62,417 nucleotides of DNA from an uncultured Rhodobiaceae bacterium. GTDB lineage: Bacteria; Pseudomonadota; Alphaproteobacteria; MED-G09. A model generated the notes under the pieces. The model was not told where the DNA came from and made no database searches. It saw nothing but the letters and a program-made list of their open reading frames with translations. How positions within the stretch are numbered: position 1 is the stretch's first letter; every line of letters begins with the position of its first letter. A program made the translations under genes and the position numbers. The stretch covers positions 1 to 62,417 of the forward strand of contig CAJWUE010000002.1 of the NCBI GenBank assembly GCA_913047775.1, read 5' to 3'. Shown piece by piece: positions 45,125 to 54,282 of the stretch.

Positions 45125-47846
45125 CTTCTGAGAAGACTTTAATCAAACTGTTTTTAATTTTTTTATTTAATCTGTTTTGCAATATCTTCGAACCGTCATA
45201 ATTCAGAACATAAAAAACATCGGTTGCCTGTTCTCCAAAAGTAGAAATATGAGCACTATAGATGTTTAATTTTAAATCGGAAATTATAGTCGCCAATTCG
45301 TAAAGAAGCCCAGGACGATCTTTGCCACTAACTTCAATTACTGAATATCTTTCAGATAAATCATTTTTTATGTCTACAAGAGGTGTGACGTTAAAGGCTT
45401 CAATTCGTTTATCTAGAGAAAATTTACTTTCAGTTATTAGTATATCTTTTTCATTTATAAATTTAATAATTCTAGCACTTAATCTTTCCAGGCGTGTTTC
45501 ATCATTAATAGGTTTATGATTATTATCTTGAATCCAAAGAATATCCAAAATCTTGTTTTCCTTATCTGTAAATATTCTGGCATCTACAATATTGATCCTT
45601 AAATCTGCGCACGCTGCTGTTATTCTTTTAAATAATCCTGTTCTATTCCTAGAAATTATAGTCATTTCTGTATTGGGGGCTGTTTTGGAATTGAAAAAAT
45701 TAATAATTACCTCATCTTCACTGGACATAAATAATTTAGCACTTCTTAATCTTGTCTCTTCTGTAGTAGATAGCCAGTATTCATTACTTTGGTTTTCTAT
45801 CCATCTGTTAATTCTTTCTGTTTCAAGGCCATTAAGGGAAGATGACAATCTTTCTTTAGCTAGTTTTATATTATTAATTCGAGTTTCATCAGAGATTTTC
45901 CCAGTTAGAGATAAAAAAGTTTCATTGAATAAACTTTTTAACAATTCTGCCTTCCAATTATTCCAAACACCAGGTCCAACGGCTCTAATATCTGCGACAG
46001 TTAAAATAAGAAGTAGTTTTAATCTCTCGGTCGTTTTAACTATCTTAGAAAAATCACTTATTGTTTTGGGATCTTGTAGATCTCTCTTTTGTGCAAAATC
46101 ACTCATCTTTAAATGATCAAGAACCAACCACGCTATTGTTTCCTCTTCATTATCGTCCAAATCGAGTCTCCTGGACATTTTTCGAATTATCGATTCTCCT
46201 TCCTCAGAGTGGTCCTTTTCTCTACCTTTTGCTATGTCGTGAAAAAAAATCGCCAACGCTAAGATCTTTTTATTGACACCACCTGCAAGAATTTCTCCAA
46301 TCAGAGAAAAATTTTCTGAATCGGAATATAAGATATTATTTAACTCACCCACCGCCCTCAACAAATGTTCATCAGCAGTATAATGATGATACATATTGAA
46401 CTGCATTAGACCTACTATTTTACCAAAATCAGGTAGGAATTTTCCTAACACACCGGCCTCATTCATGGCTCTTAATGTATTTTCTGCTCTCTGGCTCGTT
46501 AAAATTTTAATAAATAAATTATTGGCATTTTTATTATTTCTTAACCTGTAATCAATATCTCTTAAAGATCTCCTTATTAATCTAATTGCGTTCGGATGAG
46601 CTAGTAAATCCTGAGTAGATAAAAAATAGAAAAAAGAAATAAATTTTAAAGGATCTTTTTTGAATACTTTTCCATCCCTAATATTGAGTCTTCCGTTTGA
46701 AACATAAAAGCCACTCTCACTAGTTATCGCAAAAAAATCTTTAGGTGATTTAAAAATATTTATTAACCTTGAGTAATCTTTAGGTTTTTTAATTTCCCTC
46801 TCCTCAAGAACAGAGCAAACGGAACGGGTTAAATCTCCTACCTCTTTTGCGATAAGAAAATAATGCTTCATAAAACTTTCAACCGGCTGTAAACCTTTTC
46901 TTTCCCTATAGCCAAGCCTTTTAGCCATCTCCATTTGTGAATTAAAATTTATAATTTCTTGAGGTTTTTTTTCTAGAAAATGAAGCTGGCATCTAACATG
47001 CCACAAGAATTCTTCACACCTAAGAAATGTAGAAGCCTCCTCGGAGGATAAAATATCTAAATCCAGCATTTGCAGGGGATTGGAGACTCCATAACAAAAA
47101 TTTGTCATCCATGATAAACTTTCTAAATCTCTTAGGCCTCCCTTGCCATTCTTAACGTTGGGCTCAACTAAGTAACGAGAGTGACCTTCTTTCTCATGCC
47201 TTCGATCTCTCTCATCTAACTTCGCTTGAACAAAATTATTAGAGGAAATCTTTGAAAGTTTTTTCCTAAATCTTAATTGAAAAAGATTAAAAATTTCCTT
47301 ATCTCCACAAATATATCGTGCATCCAGTAGAGAGGTGGCAATTACTTGGTCATTGATCGCATGTGATAAGCACTCATTAACGGTACGAGTTGCTTGGCCT
47401 ATCTTAAGGCCTAAGTCCCAAAGAAAATAAAGCATATTTTCAATCAATATTTCAGACCATGCCGTTTTTTTATACGGAATCAAAAAAAGTAAATCGATGT
47501 CGGAACCTGGTGCTAATCTTTTTCGCCCATACCCACCCGTGGCAACAATGACAATTTTTTCTGAGTCGGTAGTATTATATGGGGTGCTAAAATTATTAAT
47601 CAAATAATTATAGTATTCCGATATAATGTTATCATACAAAATCGACAAAGCTTCACTACACTCGGTACCCCTGTATGTTCCATTCTCCAATCTTTCTTGG
47701 GCAAGTGTATTTGCGTTAGCTAAAACTCCTTTAGTATAGTTTACAACCTCGCGACGTGATTCTTTGTTGAGTTGGTTATTTATACTAAATATAGAATGAA
47801 ATTTAATAAGATTCGGCTCTACAAGTCTGATATGATTTATGACCAT
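45111..47846 (-). CDS. glnD: [Protein-PII] uridylyltransferase / uridylyl-removing enzyme
   Basis: 911 aa. Nucleotidyltransferase 'VATGGYGRKRLAPGSDIDLLFL', HD domain 'MYHHYTADEHLL...FHDIAKG', two C-terminal ACT-like domains. Confidence 0.93.
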   Translation of the reverse strand: MVINHIRLVEPNLIKFHSIFSINNQLNKESRREVVNYTKGVLANANTLAQERLENGTYRGTECSEALSILYDNIISEYYNYLINNFSTPYNTTDSEKIVIVATGGYGRKRLAPGSDIDLLFLIPYKKTAWSEILIENMLYFLWDLGLKIGQATRTVNECLSHAINDQVIATSLLDARYICGDKEIFNLFQLRFRKKLSKISSNNFVQAKLDERDRRHEKEGHSRYLVEPNVKNGKGGLRDLESLSWMTNFCYGVSNPLQMLDLDILSSEEASTFLRCEEFLWHVRCQLHFLEKKPQEIINFNSQMEMAKRLGYRERKGLQPVESFMKHYFLIAKEVGDLTRSVCSVLEEREIKKPKDYSRLINIFKSPKDFFAITSESGFYVSNGRLNIRDGKVFKKDPLKFISFFYFLSTQDLLAHPNAIRLIRRSLRDIDYRLRNNKNANNLFIKILTSQRAENTLRAMNEAGVLGKFLPDFGKIVGLMQFNMYHHYTADEHLLRAVGELNNILYSDSENFSLIGEILAGGVNKKILALAIFFHDIAKGREKDHSEEGESIIRKMSRRLDLDDNEEETIAWLVLDHLKMSDFAQKRDLQDPKTISDFSKIVKTTERLKLLLILTVADIRAVGPGVWNNWKAELLKSLFNETFLSLTGKISDETRINNIKLAKERLSSSLNGLETERINRWIENQSNEYWLSTTEETRLRSAKLFMSSEDEVIINFFNSKTAPNTEMTIISRNRTGLFKRITAACADLRINIVDARIFTDKENKILDILWIQDNNHKPINDETRLERLSARIIKFINEKDILITESKFSLDKRIEAFNVTPLVDIKNDLSERYSVIEVSGKDRPGLLYELATIISDLKLNIYSAHISTFGEQATDVFYVLNYDGSKILQNRLNKKIKNSLIKVFSEDANG

Positions 47847-48082
47847 TCATCACTTATAAAACCAAAACTAGATTTGACCAATATTAATCACCTTAACGAG
47901 GTATTATTATGATTCTTACAAAGAAATATTTTGTTTGTATAATAAGATTAACGTAATTAAAATTTATTAAAATTTATCTTTTTATTCTTTTATTATAAAA
48001 AACTTGACCATATTATTATTTTCCTATAGTTTTCCTCATCATTTTAATATTTTAGTAACCATTATATAATAGTGAGAAGGTA

Positions 48083-50362
48083 TTGGCAGGGAAAAATAAG
48101 AATAAGAAAGGTGAAAGCTACAATGAAAAAGAAGCTTTGCAATTTCACGCTGAAGGAAAACCGGGAAAGATTGAAATTTCTTCAACTAAACCCATGGAAA
48201 CTCAGTCAGATCTTTCATTGGCCTATTCTCCTGGTGTTGCAGCTCCAGTTTTAGCCATCAATGACAATCCTGAGACTGTCTATGATTTTACATCTAAGGG
48301 AAATCTGGTAGCGGTTATTTCTAATGGATCTGCTATTTTGGGATTGGGAAATCTTGGCCCCCTAGCAGCTAAGCCCGTAATGGAGGGTAAGGCAGTATTG
48401 TTTAAAAGATTTGCCGATGTTGATGCTATTGACTTAGAAATCGATAGCCAAGATGCAGATATTATTTCTAATATAGTAGAAAAAATCGCACCTTCTTTTG
48501 GAGGAATCAACCTAGAAGACATTAGTGCTCCTGATTGCTTTATAATAGAGAGCCAACTTAGAGAAAAATTAAATATTCCTGTTTTTCATGACGATCAGCA
48601 CGGAACAGCGGTAATAGCGACTGCCGGAATAATTAACGCACTAGACCTAACGAATAAGAAAATGTCTGATATTAAAGTTGTTGTTAATGGGGCAGGTGCC
48701 GCAGGGATAGCTTGTTTAGAATTATTAAAATCTATGGGCCTTCCGCATGATAATACAATCCTTTGCGACTCATTAGGGCCTATATATTCTGGGAGAGAAA
48801 AGAATATTAACCAATGGAAGGCTGCGCATGCTTGCAAAAAAAAGGTTACGACATTAGCTGATGCAATGAAGGGTGCTGATGTTTTTCTTGGTCTTTCGGT
48901 TAAAGATACTTTAACTCCCGATATGTTATCATCAATGAATGAAAAGCCTATAGTCTTTGCAATGGCTAACCCTGATCCTGAGATTGATCCTAAGTTAGCT
49001 AAAGAAATTAGACCAGATTGTATCATTGCAACTGGACGTTCCGATCATCCTAATCAAGTAAATAATGTTTTAGGTTTTCCATATATTTTTAGAGGCGCCT
49101 TAGATGTCAGAGCGACAACTATTAACGATGATATGAAAATTGCATGTGCTGAAGCTCTAGCTAGACTAGCAAGAGAGGATGTTCCTGATGAAGTTGCTGC
49201 GGCATATTCAGGAATCAGGCCAAGATATGGCCCTGACTATATTATACCTGCCCCCTTTGATCCTAGACTAATAAGAGATATACCTCCGGCTGTTGCACAG
49301 GCAGCGATGGATTCAGGTGTTGCTCGATTGCCAATAGTTGACGAGGATTCTTATAAGAACAGATTATCCGCAAGGCTGGATAAAACTGCTGAAGTTATGC
49401 AGCCCATTTTTCAGAAAGCGCAACGTCTTATGAAACGGGTAGTTTTTGCAGAAGGTGAAGAAGAAAAAATTATAAGGGCGGCTTTAAATTTTAGAGAGCT
49501 AGGACTAGGAATACCTATTTTAGTGGGCAGTAGAGAAAAGATAAACGCAACACTCATTGATATAGGTCAACAACAAAATACGGGCTTAGAAATAGTAAAT
49601 GCAGAAAGTTCGGAACATTCGAATGATTATGTTAATTATCTTTATACAAGATTCCAAAGACAGGGTTATTTACGAAGAGACTGTTTAAGAATGGTTAACA
49701 ACGAAAGAAACATCTTTTCAGCTTGCATGGTATCATTAGGCCATGCAGATGCTATGATAACTGGTATTACTAGGAATTATTCCCTGGCACTAGAAGATGT
49801 AAGTAAGGTAATAGATCCTATAGAAAATAAAAGAATAGTTGGAATTTCAGTTATTATTGCTAAGTCGAGAACTGTATTGGTCGGAGATACAAATGTGCAT
49901 GATATGCCAAGCGCAGAAGAAATTGCAGATATAGCACAAGCTGGAGCTGATTTAGCAAGACGGCTCGGCCTTGAACCACACGTAGCCTTACTTGCATATT
50001 CTTCTTTTGGGTATCCTGAAGGAGAAAGGTCTACTTTCATGAGGAAAGCGGTGAATATTCTTGATAAACGAGAAGTTGATTTTGAGTATGATGGTGAAAT
50101 GGCCGCTGATGTTGCATTAAACCCATCAACTATGAAACTGTATCCTTTTTGTAGGCTTTCAAAACCGGCTAATGTACTAATAATGCCTGCTATTCATTCT
50201 GCATCTATTTCAACTAAACTATTACAAGAATTGGGAGACTCAACCTTAGTAGGTCCTCTTCTCGTAGGGTTATCAAAACCGGTGCAAATAGCACCAACTA
50301 CCTGCACAGTTTCAGAATTGGTTAATTTAGCCTCTATAGCAGCTTGCGATCTTGGGAAGTAA
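48083..50362 (+). CDS. maeB: NADP-dependent malic enzyme (malic enzyme plus a phosphate-acetyltransferase-like domain)
   Basis: 'ALQFHAEGKPGKIEISSTKP..TQSDLSLAYSPGVA', 'FGGINLEDI', 'VFHDDQHGTAV', 'VVNGAGAAGIA'. TTG start with RBS GAGAAGG; there is no in-frame ATG upstream of the conserved N-terminus. Confidence 0.94.
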   Translation: MAGKNKNKKGESYNEKEALQFHAEGKPGKIEISSTKPMETQSDLSLAYSPGVAAPVLAINDNPETVYDFTSKGNLVAVISNGSAILGLGNLGPLAAKPVMEGKAVLFKRFADVDAIDLEIDSQDADIISNIVEKIAPSFGGINLEDISAPDCFIIESQLREKLNIPVFHDDQHGTAVIATAGIINALDLTNKKMSDIKVVVNGAGAAGIACLELLKSMGLPHDNTILCDSLGPIYSGREKNINQWKAAHACKKKVTTLADAMKGADVFLGLSVKDTLTPDMLSSMNEKPIVFAMANPDPEIDPKLAKEIRPDCIIATGRSDHPNQVNNVLGFPYIFRGALDVRATTINDDMKIACAEALARLAREDVPDEVAAAYSGIRPRYGPDYIIPAPFDPRLIRDIPPAVAQAAMDSGVARLPIVDEDSYKNRLSARLDKTAEVMQPIFQKAQRLMKRVVFAEGEEEKIIRAALNFRELGLGIPILVGSREKINATLIDIGQQQNTGLEIVNAESSEHSNDYVNYLYTRFQRQGYLRRDCLRMVNNERNIFSACMVSLGHADAMITGITRNYSLALEDVSKVIDPIENKRIVGISVIIAKSRTVLVGDTNVHDMPSAEEIADIAQAGADLARRLGLEPHVALLAYSSFGYPEGERSTFMRKAVNILDKREVDFEYDGEMAADVALNPSTMKLYPFCRLSKPANVLIMPAIHSASISTKLLQELGDSTLVGPLLVGLSKPVQIAPTTCTVSELVNLASIAACDLGK

Positions 50363-50387
50363 ATTTTTATAAATTTTATACAAGAGA

Positions 50388-51320
50388 CTAAATAGAGTTT
50401 TCCAGTTTATCCCAGAATATCTTTGCAATATCAGGCCCTCCCAAATTCTTGATCTGTCTTACTCCTGTAGGGCAAGTAACATTAATTTCGGTTAGATATT
50501 TTCCAATAACATCTATGCCAACGAAAAATAGATCCATATGCATAAGAGTACCTTTGATAGATTCACAAATTTTTTTATCCCTTTTATTTAATGCAGATAA
50601 TTCTGGCTGACCACCAACCCCAAGATTGGATCTGAATTCTCCTTCTGCAGGAATCCTGTTAAGACAACCAACTGGTTCGCCATTAATTAAAATGATTCTT
50701 TTATCACCTTTTGTCACTTCAGGAAGAAAGGGCTGGATCATAATTGGTTCTTTTTCAGTAAATAAAAATTCCTCAATAACTTTAAGAATATCACCCGAAT
50801 CTGCCCTGGCTCTAATAATGCCTTCACCACCTTTACCGTATAATGGCTTAATAACAATTTCCTGGTAAGTTTCTAGAAAAGAACTAATAGAACCTAAGCT
50901 TCTAGTAATAATTGTTGGTGGCATTAGCTCATTAAAACATGTAACAAGCAATTTCTCCGGAGCATTTCTGACACTAACAGGATTGTTAATCACCTTTGTT
51001 TTCTTGCTTAGATGCTCTAATAAATGGGTATATGTAATATAATTCATATTAAAAGGAGGTTCTTGTCTCATTAAGATAATATCCATCAACGATAAATTAA
51101 CGAATTTTGGCTCTCCTAGTTCAAAGAAATTTTTCGTATTATCTGTAACAATCATAGGCTCAACTTTTGCGAAAATCTCACCATCTTCGTAAACCAAATC
51201 GTCAGGTAGATAATGAAATAACAAATATTCTCTTTTCTGGGCCTCTAGGCATAGTGCTAACGTCGTATCACTCTCTATATTGAGCGTGCTAATGTGATCC
51301 ATTTGAACGGCTATTTTCAT
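50388..51320 (-). CDS. gshB: Glutathione synthetase
   Basis: ATP-grasp 'VIKPLYGKGGEGI', 'GDKRIILINGEPVG', 'GEFRSNLGVGG', 'LFFVGIDVIG.YLTEINVTCPTG'. Confidence 0.93.
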   Translation of the reverse strand: MKIAVQMDHISTLNIESDTTLALCLEAQKREYLLFHYLPDDLVYEDGEIFAKVEPMIVTDNTKNFFELGEPKFVNLSLMDIILMRQEPPFNMNYITYTHLLEHLSKKTKVINNPVSVRNAPEKLLVTCFNELMPPTIITRSLGSISSFLETYQEIVIKPLYGKGGEGIIRARADSGDILKVIEEFLFTEKEPIMIQPFLPEVTKGDKRIILINGEPVGCLNRIPAEGEFRSNLGVGGQPELSALNKRDKKICESIKGTLMHMDLFFVGIDVIGKYLTEINVTCPTGVRQIKNLGGPDIAKIFWDKLENSI

Positions 51321-52171
51321 ATTTTTTGTTTCAGACTATCTAATTTAATTATCTTATCATAAACGTCTTTCTTAGATAATCCCGTAATTTTAGAAATCTT
51401 TTTTGCTTTCTCTGATGGAGAAAAATTACCTTTCGATAATAGAATAAGATCTTCCAAATTACCCGTATCATTAGTTGAATGCTCAGCTCCACGTAAAATG
51501 ATCACTACCTCACCTTTTAATTTTCTGAAATCAAAATTTCTTAAAAGATCTTTTATGTTGCCCTCAATTATTTCTTCGAATTTTTTCGAGATTTCCCTAC
51601 ATATAGATGCGGGCCTATTTCCTAAAAATAAAAATAATTCTTCTAGAGTCTTTTTTAGACGTTTTGGAGCTTCAAAAAAGACTAATGTTGAATGTATATT
51701 TTTTACCTCTTCAAGAATTTTGGCTCGATTTATTTCTTTTAATGGAAGAAAGCCTAAAAAGAAGAAACGATCTGTTGGCATACCAGATATACTTAAAGCG
51801 GCAATGGGTGCTGAAACACCTGGACACGTTGTAACATAAATTTCTTTATCTCGTGCTTCAACAACTAACTTATATCCAGGATCAGAAATTAGTGGGGTTC
51901 CCGCATCTGAAACTAAAGCAATTCTTTTCCCCCTTAAAATTTTTTCTATTATCCTTGGTCTTACTTTTTCTCCGTTATGATCATGGTATGTTTTCAATTT
52001 GTTTTTTATCTTATAAATGTTCAAAATCTTCATTGTTACCCTAGTATCTTCACAATAAATCTCATCAACATTTGATAATGTCTCAATTGCTCGTAACGTT
52101 ATATCTCTAGAATTTCCTATCGGTAAGGCTACAATATAAAGGCCAGATTGTAACTCTTTGTCATTTTTCAT
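51317..52171 (-). CDS. rsmI: 16S rRNA (cytidine1402-2'-O)-methyltransferase
   Basis: 'GLYIVALPIGNSRDITLRAIETL', 'IYCEDTR', 'ALVSDAGTPLISDPGYKLV', 'PGVSA'. Confidence 0.92.
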   Translation of the reverse strand: MKNDKELQSGLYIVALPIGNSRDITLRAIETLSNVDEIYCEDTRVTMKILNIYKIKNKLKTYHDHNGEKVRPRIIEKILRGKRIALVSDAGTPLISDPGYKLVVEARDKEIYVTTCPGVSAPIAALSISGMPTDRFFFLGFLPLKEINRAKILEEVKNIHSTLVFFEAPKRLKKTLEELFLFLGNRPASICREISKKFEEIIEGNIKDLLRNFDFRKLKGEVVIILRGAEHSTNDTGNLEDLILLSKGNFSPSEKAKKISKITGLSKKDVYDKIIKLDSLKQKI

Positions 52172-52769
52172 TAAAACACGCTTGGCACAAAATCTTGAAT
52201 GCTTCTGCTCTATGGGAAATTTTTTTCTTTATCTTTGGATCCATCTCACCAAAAGTTTCTTTATAGCCATGGGGAATAAATATCGGATCATATCCGAAAC
52301 CAAAATTACCTCTTGGCGGAAAGATTAATCTTCCATCTACCCGACCCTCAAATAATTGGTGGCTACCGTCAGGCCATACTATTGCTAATGAACAAATAAA
52401 AAAGGCACAGGCCTTTTCAATTTTAAGATTCTTTAATTTCTTTTCAACTTTTTTTATTGCTTCAGAAAAATCTTTTTTAGGACCAGCCCATCTTGCAGAA
52501 AATATTCCTGGTTGTCCCTCTAGTGCCTCAATACAAATACCAGAATCATCTGATAAAGACGCAAGACCGGTGTGTTCATAAGTATAATAAGCTTTTATCA
52601 AGGCGTTTTCTGAAAAATTTTTCCCGTTTTCTTTTGGCTCATCAATATTAAAATCTAATGAGGAAAATAGAGTTATATTGAATGGTTTAAAGAGCTCATA
52701 AAATTCTTTTATCTTTCCAGTGTTGTGACTCGATATCACTAGTTTTTGATTCCATTCAGTCGTAACCAT
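52161..52769 (-). CDS. rdgB: dITP/XTP pyrophosphatase (RdgB/HAM1)
   Basis: 'LVISSHNTGKIKEF', 'LSDDSGICIEALEGQPGIFSARWAG', 'GFGYDPIFIP', 'KKKISHRAEAF'. Confidence 0.92.
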   Translation of the reverse strand: MVTTEWNQKLVISSHNTGKIKEFYELFKPFNITLFSSLDFNIDEPKENGKNFSENALIKAYYTYEHTGLASLSDDSGICIEALEGQPGIFSARWAGPKKDFSEAIKKVEKKLKNLKIEKACAFFICSLAIVWPDGSHQLFEGRVDGRLIFPPRGNFGFGYDPIFIPHGYKETFGEMDPKIKKKISHRAEAFKILCQACFNEK

Positions 52770-52772
52770 AAT

Positions 52773-53486
52773 TTATTTGAACAACTCATTTTGAAGATTA
52801 GTAATGTCTTTTATTCCTTTCTTCGCTAGAGACATTAAATCAAAGAATTTTTTTTCAGAAAAGGGGTAACTTTCAGCGGTAGCCTGGATCTCAATAATTG
52901 TTCCTTTATCGGAAATTACAAAATTAGCATCGGCTTCGGCATGAGAATCCTCAATATAATCAAGATCTAAAACTGGAATGTCCTTATAAATCCCACAAGA
53001 TACAGCGCCTACACAGTTTCTTATGGGGTCTTTTTTAATTTCCTTGGTCTGCATCAGATAGTTTATGGATTGTTTTAGGGCTACCCATGCACCAGTAATA
53101 GAAGCTGTACGCGTTCCCCCATCAGCTTGTATCACATCACAATCTATGCTTATTTGGTTTTCTCCTAATGCTTGCAAATCAACAACAGCTCGCAATGATC
53201 TTCCTATTAATCTTTGTATTTCTTGAGTTCTTCCTGATTGTTTCCCTATTGATGCTTCTCTTCTCATCCTCTCTCCTGTTGAACGAGGAAGCATTCCATA
53301 TTCAGCCGTTATCCATCCTGTGCCACTGTTTCTTAACCAAGGAGGAATTTTATTTTCTATTGATGCTGTACATAAAATTTGGGTATCGCCAAATTTGACC
53401 AAACAGGATCCCTCTGCATGTTTTGATACTCCAATTTCGAAATTAATTTTTCTTAATTCGTCCGCTTGTCTTCCTGAGGGTCTCAT
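52773..53486 (-). CDS. rph: Ribonuclease PH
   Basis: '[12 protein letters not shown]', '[22 protein letters not shown]', '[16 protein letters not shown]', '[18 protein letters not shown]'. Confidence 0.96.
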   Translation of the reverse strand: MRPSGRQADELRKINFEIGVSKHAEGSCLVKFGDTQILCTASIENKIPPWLRNSGTGWITAEYGMLPRSTGERMRREASIGKQSGRTQEIQRLIGRSLRAVVDLQALGENQISIDCDVIQADGGTRTASITGAWVALKQSINYLMQTKEIKKDPIRNCVGAVSCGIYKDIPVLDLDYIEDSHAEADANFVISDKGTIIEIQATAESYPFSEKKFFDLMSLAKKGIKDITNLQNELFK

Positions 53487-53608
53487 ATATAGATCTTTCT
53501 TTTTTTATTAACGGGGTTGAAAATTAATGTCATATATCACACATAACATATGAAGTTATTATAAAATAAAATTTCAATTATCCATATTTATATTTGGGGG
53601 TAGTATTA

Positions 53609-54175
53609 ATGATGATAGATAAAAATAAAAGCGAAGGAAACGGCATTAAGGAAAACGATGAGTTAAATCCTTCTACGACTAAGGAAGAAGAAACATCTCT
53701 ACCAGAATCAGAAGACGTATCTCCTGAGGAAAAAATTAAGGAGTTAGAGGATCAGTTACTTAGATCCATGGCAGAAATGGATAATATAAGAAAACGATCA
53801 GATAAAGAAAGAGCGGAAGCATATAAGATAGGAGCATCACTATTTATAAGAGATATGTTGCCTATTATTGACAATTTGCAACGGGCTTTGGTTTCATTTT
53901 CCGAAGAAGATAATTCTAATCCAGAAGCTTTTAAAGATGGTATTAGCGCCATAACACGAGAATTTTCATCTCTTTTAGAAAAAAATAATGTAGAAACAAT
54001 TAACCCAGTTGGTGAGAAATTTGATCCCAACGTTCATGAAGCAGTATTTGAAGCACCTTCGGATACTGCCAAACCAGGTACTATTATTGAGGTAATAGAG
54101 ACAGGTTATATAATGGAAAAAAGACTTTTAAGACCTGCAAAAGTAGGAGTTTCTGCAAGAAAAGAAATCAAGTAA
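53609..54175 (+). CDS. grpE: Nucleotide exchange factor GrpE
   Basis: 'LEDQLLRSMAEMDNIRKR', 'LPIIDNLQRAL', 'FDPNVHEAV', 'RLLRPAKVGVS'. ATG at 53609 preceded by GGGGG. Confidence 0.93.
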   Translation: MMIDKNKSEGNGIKENDELNPSTTKEEETSLPESEDVSPEEKIKELEDQLLRSMAEMDNIRKRSDKERAEAYKIGASLFIRDMLPIIDNLQRALVSFSEEDNSNPEAFKDGISAITREFSSLLEKNNVETINPVGEKFDPNVHEAVFEAPSDTAKPGTIIEVIETGYIMEKRLLRPAKVGVSARKEIK

Positions 54176-54213
54176 AAAAAATGAGGTTAATGTTCAAATT
54201 TTCTTTTCAAAAC

Positions 54214-54241
54214 CTTGAAAATTAAAAAAAACAACCCATAT
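54214..54241 (+). promoter_or_regulatory. Candidate sigma-32 (RpoH)-type heat-shock promoter of dnaK-dnaJ
   Basis: CTTGAA (54214-54219), a 14-15 nt spacer, then (A)CCCATAT (54234-54241). This matches the CTTGAA-N13-15-CCCCATNT consensus and lies about 40 nt upstream of the dnaK ATG. Confidence 0.5.
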
Positions 54242-54282
54242 AGATTTTATCGGAATTTTATCGCCCTTATGGAGGATTGAAT

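Noticed and set aside
45553-46116. A long (187 aa) plus-strand ORF inside glnD. Similar cases are 61613-62113 in hisA, 48595-49026 in maeB and 58715-59152 in dapB.
   Set aside because: All lie fully antisense to strongly supported conserved genes. They have L/S/I-rich low-complexity translations with no recognisable motifs and no RBS context, which is typical of shadow ORFs.
47909-47956. A 15-codon ORF (MILTKKYFVCIIRLT) in the glnD-maeB spacer.
   Set aside because: It is too short, has no RBS, and has no supporting features. In AT-rich DNA such ORFs arise by chance.
53516-53545. A possible sigma-32 or sigma-70 promoter for grpE, starting from GTTGAAA at 53516.
   Set aside because: No -10 element (CCCCATNT-like or TATAAT-like) lies at an acceptable spacing. 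CATATAT is only 9 nt downstream.
53578-53586. TTATCCATA, an 8/9 match to a DnaA box, just upstream of grpE.
   Set aside because: It is a single isolated copy in AT-rich DNA, which is expected by chance. There is no cluster of boxes.
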